IMG/VR virus record: IMGVR_UViG_3300006874_000013
Span: 9,115 to 73,114 of that record
Length of the DNA: 64,000 bases
Source of the DNA: a virus
Direction: 5' to 3' (one strand)
Shown here: one piece after another, positions 57,306-64,000 of the stretch
How the letters are laid out: each line of letters begins with the position of its first letter
Position numbering within the stretch: position 1 is the first letter of the stretch
Translations under genes and position numbers: made by a program
The notes under the pieces: generated by a model
The model's database searches: none
What the model was told of the DNA's origin: nothing
What the model saw: only the letters and a program-made list of their open reading frames with translations

Positions 57306-57548
57306 TTAAAGTTCTTCTTGAACACCTTTGCCGGATTTGAGTCTATTATAATTATTGATGGTTTTTACAGCAAGGTTTCTTTCACGTGCGGACATGAGTT
57401 GTGCATCTGACCAAGAAATACTACCGCCTGAATACACAGCAATTTCGATGAGGGATTTTTCTAGTAGGTCTGCTTCTGAGCGTAATCTATTAAGTAACTT
57501 AACGATTTCCTCAGATGTTTGTGTTGCTAAGAAGCGGTGAAAAAATTT
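57306..57548 (-). CDS. -1 frameshift extension (78 aa, gp51/gpGT-like) of the gp26-like chaperone
   Basis: Open -1 frame FHRFLATQTSEEIVKLLNRL...SISWSDAQLMSARER...QEEL*, entered at slippery A-AAT-TTT-TTC, with no start codon near its 5' end. Confidence 0.7.
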   Translation of the reverse strand, partial: KFFHRFLATQTSEEIVKLLNRLRSEADLLEKSLIEIAVYSGGSISWSDAQLMSARERNLAVKTINNYNRLKSGKGVQEEL

Positions 57549-58372
57549 ACAGGATCAAAATTTATCTCCTGTTCAAATTGTTCATTACACTTTTCACATT
57601 CTAGTAAAACTTTCTTTTCAACACCAATCTTGTTTACTTCAGCAATGTTTTCTTCAATGGCTCTGCCAATTTTTGCATCGCAGTTTTCCATAAACTCTCT
57701 GATTGATTTTTTATCAGTTACCACAAAATCGTCGCCTTCAGCATCTTTGCCTTTGATACTGGCAACACTGTCAACCATTAAGTCAAAGTTGAGAGCGGCA
57801 ATCTGTATAAAGTTTGTGTTGAATGCTTTGAGCTGTTCCATTTCGTCATTGATAGACTGAATGTTTTGTAAACTTCTTGTGGTTTGAAAATTTGCAATAC
57901 CTGCCTTCACAGAACTTTCGTAAGTGAACGGTCTCACTTCAATTGACAAACCGTTGTCAGTTTCAAAACTGTAAGTTTCTTCTAGAGTTGTCATGCTTTC
58001 AAGTGCAGATTCGATACTGCCTACAGAAGTAACTTCTTCTTTGCACTTGGGGCATTGTCCAGTAACATCAATATCGTCACCGTTTGTGGCTCCTTGCATT
58101 GCAATTAATAATGCATCAACATCATTACTTAATAGTTCTCTAGGTTTTTTAACAGCAGGCACACAACTTTGGATAACTTGTGCTACTGCTTCACCATTTA
58201 ACAATGCATCAGGATTCTTCATGATCATTTCGTCTTTTGACGTCATGGGGAAAATAGGTAATTCTCCGTTCTCTGGCATGTCAATGACTTGATCAGAATA
58301 AAATTTACCCTTAGATGGTAATTGTGTGTATAACCTAGGTGCTCGGTAAAAGCCCTGTAATGGATTTGCCAT
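57527..58372 (-). CDS. Baseplate hub/tail assembly chaperone, T4 gp26-like
   Basis: NPLQGFYRAP...LPSKGKFY...PMTSKDE...DVDALLIAM...CPKC...CEKC...FDPVNFF. Start reassigned to ATG 58372 (GGAG RBS). Confidence 0.8.
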   Translation of the reverse strand: MANPLQGFYRAPRLYTQLPSKGKFYSDQVIDMPENGELPIFPMTSKDEMIMKNPDALLNGEAVAQVIQSCVPAVKKPRELLSNDVDALLIAMQGATNGDDIDVTGQCPKCKEEVTSVGSIESALESMTTLEETYSFETDNGLSIEVRPFTYESSVKAGIANFQTTRSLQNIQSINDEMEQLKAFNTNFIQIAALNFDLMVDSVASIKGKDAEGDDFVVTDKKSIREFMENCDAKIGRAIEENIAEVNKIGVEKKVLLECEKCNEQFEQEINFDPVNFFTAS

Positions 58373-58464
58373 ATTAAAACTCCAGTTAATTATTTCGATA
58401 AATACACTAATAAAGCAGTGATTTATACGCAAAGGTATTTATCACCATAAAAACATGTGTTAAT
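58373..58464. promoter_or_regulatory. Face-to-face pair of late promoters (GATAAATA + at 58397-58404, - at 58436-58443), each with an upstream box
   Basis: Both octamers read directly in the 103-nt gap between the divergent genes. Confidence 0.65.
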
Positions 58465-58475
58465 GGATTTTTTGA

Positions 58476-61400
58476 ATGGCAGGCAAAACCACAGTTAATA
58501 TACCAGGAGAAGACGGCAGAGATCGCGAGGTTACCTTACCTGCATACGCCATGGACTCTACTCTGAGAGATTTGGTGAAAGCCATGTCTGCTCTGTCTGG
58601 TATCAGTGAAGAAACTAAAAAAGCCATGGAAAATCTTGGCAAAGACACCAACGATAATTTCAAGAATCAAAACGCAACAGACAAAAAACGAAACGAAATA
58701 GCCAACAATCAATTAAACAGTTTGAAGAATCTTAATAAAACTGTTGAAGAAAATGCTGAAGACGCCAAAAAACAAACTGGTGTTTTAAGAGAAGCATTCG
58801 AAGATGCTGGCGGAGTACTGAAATCTTTATTCCTTGGCGCAATCAGTTTAACAAGCACTGCATTGTACAACTTGGTGACTACTGGTTATAACACTGGACA
58901 AGTTTTAGTTGATCTAAACAGACAAGGTATACTGTTTAACAAAACCCTAGATGGCATGACTGCCAGTGAGGCGTTTGGTAGTTTGACTGCACTAGGCATG
59001 CAGGCATCTGATGCAGGACAAATTCTTGGGGATTATTCCAGAGTGGTTGCCACACTTGGTGTTAGTGCAATCACTGATCAATCTAGAGCAATAGCAAACA
59101 GTACCAAAATGGGTGCAGAATTTGGTATGACCATGAGTGAGCTCACTGGTTATATTTCAGATGAATTAGACATCAGACAAACTTTGGGTATGATTGATCA
59201 ATTACAGAGATCAAGAGTATCAAAAAGTTCAGAAGAATTATTCAGAAAACAAATACAGTTTTCACAGGTACTAGGTACTTCCATGGATGACCTTCAAAAA
59301 TCTGCCGCTGGCATACTTGATAACCCAATGGCTAGATCTGCTTTTGCATTGATTGACGAATTAGGCACATCCTCAGAAGACCTTGCAAATCAATTAAGAA
59401 TCAGTACATCACAAATGGCAGGTATGGGATTTGATCAAAAATTAATAGATCAAATTGGCAACGAAATGTTTGATATCACTGCATTTTTCAGCGATGCAGG
59501 TATGAATTTACAGGCCGCGTTTGCTTCAACTGGTACAGCCGCAGGTAAAGAAGTAGTAGGCATGATATCTGAAATAAACAGTGCTATTGCAAATAATGAT
59601 ATTAAAACAGCCACAAAAAAAATTGGAGACCTTCCTGGATTCATGGAAGATGCAATCAATGATATGGGTCCAGAAGGCATTGCAAGTTTCAGAAGGGTAG
59701 CAACAGAAATTGGCGGCGAGATGGGTGCGTCATTATTGATGAGCATGAACTCAGTGAGATTGTATCAGAAAAATTTAGAAGCACTAACTGAAGCTCACAA
59801 AAAGCAAGGCGATACAACCAAACTTACAACTGATGAGTTTCAAAGTATGTTTAATAATTTAGCACAAGCCTCTAAATCATTTGAACAGTCTAAGAAATCT
59901 ATCACCGGTGCGTTAGATACTATCAGAATGGCATCCACTGGTATATTACAACAAAGTGGTATTGCTGATGCAGTAACAAATGTCTTAACCAGATTTTCGT
60001 CGATGCTTGTTGACAGAAGTAAGGAAATTAATGATGCAATAACAAGATTAGCAAAAAGATTTGGTTTTCTTGATGGCAATGCAGACGATTTGTCTACAAC
60101 CATAGGCGAAGGTTTAATAGACACAATGGGAAATTTTATTGATCATGCTTTAGACTTTATAGAAAGCATTAACCCAGAAATGTTAAGTGGCCTGTTTGAT
60201 ACTGTTACAAGCACATTTACCTCCGCAATAGATGCTGTAAACTTAGTGATTGCTGGATTAAGTGCATTTGGTAATTTCCTAACTAGTTCTATGTTCAGCG
60301 ACGATGCAAGTTTTTGGTTAAAAGGTGCAGAACTATTTGCCAAAGTATTCGGAACTGCATTTCTTGCTTCTGCCGCTGTTAGATTAGTCGGTAAAGGTGT
60401 TTCAGCAGTTACTGGAGGATTACTTGGTGGCAAGGACAAAGCGGCACCAAGCAGTGTGGCCGCAGGTGTTGGCCAAGGCTTAGGCAAGGCAGGTGCTGGT
60501 ATCAAGATGTTTGGTAAAGGACTAGCAAGTTTCCCAGCCGCGGCCATTCTTGGCGCAGGCAAGTTAGCCGCCGCAATAGCAATTATTGCTGGCGCAGTGG
60601 GACTATCAGGATATATCATAGGCCTAGGCTTAGGGTCAATGGCAGAAGCATTCAAAAAATTCAATGAAGTAGATGGCATGAACTTGTTGAAAGTTGGTGG
60701 CGGATTGATTGCTCTCAGTGCCGGCATGTTGGCTTTTGGTGCTGGTGCAGTTGTGGGTGCCATTGGTAACATTGTGGGCGGCATATTAGACGGTCTTAAT
60801 GAAATGTTTGGTGGCGAGTCTATGTTTGACAAACTGAAAACGTTTGGCGAAATGGAATTAAACTATAACGGCATTAGAAACAATGCAGAAGCAGTAGCGG
60901 CATATGGTGTAGCAATGGGCAAACTAGGCGGTGGCCAGTTAGCCGCAGGGTTTGGTAATTTAGTTGGCACACTAATGGATGGCCTCAATGAATTTTTTGG
61001 TGGCAAGACACCATTTGAAAAAATGGAAGAGTTTGGCAACATGAATTTTGACACAGAACGCATTGCTAGAAATGCAGGTGCGTTTGGTATTTTTGCTGAA
61101 GCACTCAGTAAAGCCAGTAAAGCAGATTTCACTGCACTAGATGACATTGGCGACATCATGGACGATGTCAATGATGAATTAGAACATTTTTCAAACACCA
61201 AGAAAATTGATCCTGTGGGTCTAGCAAGTAATGCCAATTCATTGAAAGTGTATGCTGGAGCATTAAAAGAATTAAGCAGAGTAAACCCAGACAAAATTAC
61301 CAGTTTAGGTGAAGCCATTGGAGTGTTACATCAAGCACTAAGCAATTACACTGGACCTGGCTACTTTGAATCTTTAGCTCAAATGAGTGGACAAACACTT

Positions 61401-61604
61401 GATGTGGTTTCTACCATGATGTTTGGCAACGGCGAAAATGCACAACCAAGCACAGAAGCAGTTTCAACTGCAGATAGTGGTTCCGAATCATCTAAAGAAG
61501 CTCAAGCCAGAGCAACACTGTTTAATGCCATGATAGATCCAGCACAATTAAACCGATTAGAAAAAGTTCTTATAAGAATTGAAGAGAAAACACTAGGCGC
61601 ATAA
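58476..61604 (+). CDS. Tape measure protein (1042 aa)
   Basis: Long helical A/G/L-rich protein with a hydrophobic segment and a 63-aa internal repeat; next to the chaperone gene. Confidence 0.75.
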   Translation: MAGKTTVNIPGEDGRDREVTLPAYAMDSTLRDLVKAMSALSGISEETKKAMENLGKDTNDNFKNQNATDKKRNEIANNQLNSLKNLNKTVEENAEDAKKQTGVLREAFEDAGGVLKSLFLGAISLTSTALYNLVTTGYNTGQVLVDLNRQGILFNKTLDGMTASEAFGSLTALGMQASDAGQILGDYSRVVATLGVSAITDQSRAIANSTKMGAEFGMTMSELTGYISDELDIRQTLGMIDQLQRSRVSKSSEELFRKQIQFSQVLGTSMDDLQKSAAGILDNPMARSAFALIDELGTSSEDLANQLRISTSQMAGMGFDQKLIDQIGNEMFDITAFFSDAGMNLQAAFASTGTAAGKEVVGMISEINSAIANNDIKTATKKIGDLPGFMEDAINDMGPEGIASFRRVATEIGGEMGASLLMSMNSVRLYQKNLEALTEAHKKQGDTTKLTTDEFQSMFNNLAQASKSFEQSKKSITGALDTIRMASTGILQQSGIADAVTNVLTRFSSMLVDRSKEINDAITRLAKRFGFLDGNADDLSTTIGEGLIDTMGNFIDHALDFIESINPEMLSGLFDTVTSTFTSAIDAVNLVIAGLSAFGNFLTSSMFSDDASFWLKGAELFAKVFGTAFLASAAVRLVGKGVSAVTGGLLGGKDKAAPSSVAAGVGQGLGKAGAGIKMFGKGLASFPAAAILGAGKLAAAIAIIAGAVGLSGYIIGLGLGSMAEAFKKFNEVDGMNLLKVGGGLIALSAGMLAFGAGAVVGAIGNIVGGILDGLNEMFGGESMFDKLKTFGEMELNYNGIRNNAEAVAAYGVAMGKLGGGQLAAGFGNLVGTLMDGLNEFFGGKTPFEKMEEFGNMNFDTERIARNAGAFGIFAEALSKASKADFTALDDIGDIMDDVNDELEHFSNTKKIDPVGLASNANSLKVYAGALKELSRVNPDKITSLGEAIGVLHQALSNYTGPGYFESLAQMSGQTLDVVSTMMFGNGENAQPSTEAVSTADSGSESSKEAQARATLFNAMIDPAQLNRLEKVLIRIEEKTLGA

Positions 61605-61624
61605 TCATTTCTCTTTCCAAATAC

Positions 61625-61653
61625 TTGACAATCCTGATAAATACTGCTACAAT
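61625..61653 (+). promoter_or_regulatory. Sigma70-type promoter with nested late promoter GATAAATA
   Basis: TTGACA-17 nt-TACAAT with TGn extension; GATAAATA at 61636-61643. Confidence 0.75.
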
Positions 61654-61674
61654 AGTTAAAAATATGGATCATTT

Positions 61675-63393
61675 ATGAGCTGGAGAAAACATTTTACACC
61701 TGTAGACAATAGTGGTTTACCACTAAATGTGCAGGGTACAAATACAAGTGACGGACCGGGCTTCGGTGCTAACCAATTAAGCAGTTGGTTACCAGAAGTT
61801 TATTCTGGCTCTCCAAACAGATTGATGCGTTATCTGCAATATGATAACATGGATACTGATACAGAAATTAATGCCGCATTAGATACCATTGCAGAGTTTG
61901 GCACACAAGAAGAAGAAAACAATTCTCTGCCTTTCGCAATCAATTACTTAACTGATCCTAGTGACACTGAAAGTAAAATCATTGACAAAACACTTACACA
62001 ATGGTGTAATCTCAACAATCTTTACAAAAGAGCATTTAGAATTTTCCGTAATACTATCAAGTATGGCGATCAAGTGTTTATCAGAGATCCTCAAACATAT
62101 GAATTGTACTGGGTTGATCCTGCTAATGTTGAAAAAGTGATTGTGAATGAAACGGAAGGCAAAAAGATTGAAACATATTTTATTAAAAATCTAGATCCTA
62201 TCTTCCAAGAGCAAATTGCTACCGATGCTAGTGCATTACATCAAAGACCATATGGTAGTGGACAAGGTATTGCCGGAATTATGAATCCTGTAAATCCAAA
62301 CACAGGTGGTTCATACAGTGCAGGTGCAATGGACGGTGTTGATCAAGGTGTGCCTGTGAGTGCAGAACACATTGTACACATCAGTTTAACAGAAGGAATG
62401 GACAGTGCATGGCCTTTTGGTATCAGTATTTTAGAACCAATATTCAAAATCTTTAAGCAAAAAGAACTTTTAGAAGACAGTATTATTATATACAGGGTAC
62501 ACAGAGCACCAGAAAGACGTGTGTTCTTTATTGATGTTGGTAATATGCCACCTCACAAAGCAAGACAGTACTTAGAACAAGTAAAATACGAAGTACAACA
62601 AAAACGTGTACCAGGTAAAAACGCACAAGGACAAAGTGTTGCTGATAGTGCATACAATCCAATGAGTATGTTGGAAGATTATTTCTTTGCACAGACAGCA
62701 GACGGTAGAGGTAGTAAAGTTGACACACTACCAGGCGGTGAAAACCTAGGACAAATTGACGATTTAAGATATTTCAATAACAAATTATTACGTGGTTTGC
62801 GTATTCCAAGCAGTTATTTGCCTACAGGACCTGATGATGGTTCTGCAATATATCAAGATGGCAAAGTTGGTGTAGCATTTATACAAGAATACAGATTTGC
62901 AAAGTATGTAGAACGTTTACAAAAACAAATTCAAGAAGATATTGACAGAGAATTCAAAATGTATCTCAAACACAGAGGTATAGAAATAGATTCAGGTAAC
63001 TTCTTCTTAGAATTTAACAAACCAATGAACTTTAGCAGTTACAGAGAACTGCAAATTGAAACAGAACGAGCAACACTGCTTAATAGTGTGATGAATGTAC
63101 CATTCTTGAGCAATCAATTCAAGCTCAAGAAGTATTTAGGCTTAACTGAAGACGAAATTAGAGAAAACGAAGAGCTTTGGCGTCAAGAAAACGATGTTCA
63201 AAAGTTTGAATCTATCCAAACTGACGGCGGTGGAGCGTCATTGTCGAGTATTGGCATAAGACCTGAACCAAATGCAGACGTAGATCTAGATGCAGAAGTA
63301 CCATTAGAAGATTTACCTGCAGAACCAGGCGCTGAAGCAGGATTAGATTCGTTAGCGGCACCAGAAACGCCGCCAACAGGAGGAACAGTATAA
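61675..63393 (+). CDS. gp20: Portal protein, T4 gp20-like
   Basis: LLEDSIIIYRVHRAPERRVFFIDVGNMP...SMLEDYFF...GRGSKVDTLPGGENLGQIDDLRYF. Confidence 0.96.
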   Translation: MSWRKHFTPVDNSGLPLNVQGTNTSDGPGFGANQLSSWLPEVYSGSPNRLMRYLQYDNMDTDTEINAALDTIAEFGTQEEENNSLPFAINYLTDPSDTESKIIDKTLTQWCNLNNLYKRAFRIFRNTIKYGDQVFIRDPQTYELYWVDPANVEKVIVNETEGKKIETYFIKNLDPIFQEQIATDASALHQRPYGSGQGIAGIMNPVNPNTGGSYSAGAMDGVDQGVPVSAEHIVHISLTEGMDSAWPFGISILEPIFKIFKQKELLEDSIIIYRVHRAPERRVFFIDVGNMPPHKARQYLEQVKYEVQQKRVPGKNAQGQSVADSAYNPMSMLEDYFFAQTADGRGSKVDTLPGGENLGQIDDLRYFNNKLLRGLRIPSSYLPTGPDDGSAIYQDGKVGVAFIQEYRFAKYVERLQKQIQEDIDREFKMYLKHRGIEIDSGNFFLEFNKPMNFSSYRELQIETERATLLNSVMNVPFLSNQFKLKKYLGLTEDEIRENEELWRQENDVQKFESIQTDGGGASLSSIGIRPEPNADVDLDAEVPLEDLPAEPGAEAGLDSLAAPETPPTGGTV

Positions 63394-63593
63394 TGAGATT
63401 AGACGAATTTTATAGTCCAGAAGAAGATCAAAAAGACAAATTAAAGAAAACTGACACCAGAAAGACTAGATTAACACTAGAACAACTAAATAAGTTGCGT
63501 AAAGTCAGAGACATGAAGGAAACGGAAGAAGCAGAACATGAAAAATTTGTTCGCAAAATGTATTCTGCTCCTGCCCAAACACCTACACTGTAA
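63393..63593 (+). CDS. Small protein downstream of portal (66 aa)
   Basis: Coupled by TAATG; TRKTRLTLEQLNKLRK motif. Confidence 0.75.
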   Translation: MRLDEFYSPEEDQKDKLKKTDTRKTRLTLEQLNKLRKVRDMKETEEAEHEKFVRKMYSAPAQTPTL

Positions 63594-63782
63594 AAACACT
63601 GTTTTAAGTGGCGATTTTCTGTATATAAATAAAATACAGTCAAAATCACTTCAAAAAACACCCATTTTACCTACATAAACTCAAAAACACATAAGTAATA
63701 GTAAGAACTAGGTACTGAAATGTGCCTGATTCTGTAACATTGTTACAGAAGTTTGAACATTTATACTAATTGGAGGCCACAA

Positions 63783-64000
63783 ATGTCAGAATCAAACAAA
63801 TTAGAGCAGATTCTCGAACTCCTTCTTGCAGAAGAAAATGAAAAAGCAGAAGAGCTTTTACATGAGTACGTTGTTGCTAAAGCCCGTCAGGAATATGAAA
63901 AAGTTTTAGACGAAGCAACAGAGGAAGTTGAGGAGTCTGAAGAAGAATCAGTAGAAGAAGCAACCGAATCAGAAGAAGAAGCAGTAGAAGAGGCTGAAGA
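63783..64000 (+). CDS. Highly acidic prohead core/scaffold-like protein, truncated by the window edge (not in ORF track)
   Basis: GGAGG RBS; MSESNKLEQILELLLAEENEKAEELLHEYVVAKARQEYEKVLDEATEEVEE... Confidence 0.7.
   Translation, partial: MSESNKLEQILELLLAEENEKAEELLHEYVVAKARQEYEKVLDEATEEVEESEEESVEEATESEEEAVEEAE

Noticed and set aside
57355-57540. 61-aa plus-strand ORF in the track
   Set aside because: It is the antisense shadow of the -1 frameshift extension on the minus strand.
1-64000. Stop-codon reassignment as in some large phages
   Set aside because: Genes up to 15 kb are open in the standard code, and TAA, TAG and TGA all occur as stops at sensible gene ends.

Overview
AT-rich segment of a large T4-superfamily-like (myovirus, probably jumbo) dsDNA phage in the standard genetic code; the host cannot be determined from the sequence. 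From 1 to 52 kb it is a mostly minus-strand virion module: two glycosyltransferase-like genes, a stand-alone Smr protein, two tail fibres with autocleaving chaperone domains (G2-IMC and S74), a 1577-aa Cys-repeat adhesin-like protein, giant 3304-aa and 5038-aa baseplate proteins (the latter with YHYH, PA14 and a C-terminal Hint domain), and gp6-, gp25-, gp5-, gp27-, gp53- and gp48/54-like genes. A plus-strand operon follows: gp55 late sigma, gp47, gp46, a methyltransferase and a GIY-YIG nuclease. After it come a gp26-like chaperone, the tape measure protein, portal gp20 and the start of an acidic head protein. The most notable observations are (1) a ~530-nt ORF-free, densely base-paired and pseudoknotted candidate ncRNA directly behind the GIY-YIG gene, (2) a -1 slippery site extending the gp26-like chaperone by 78 aa, (3) an intact intein-like Hint domain after poly-Gly at the end of the 5038-aa protein, and (4) a GATAAATA late-promoter family with an upstream palindromic box and leaderless starts. 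All family assignments come from motif recognition by eye; no database searches were run.
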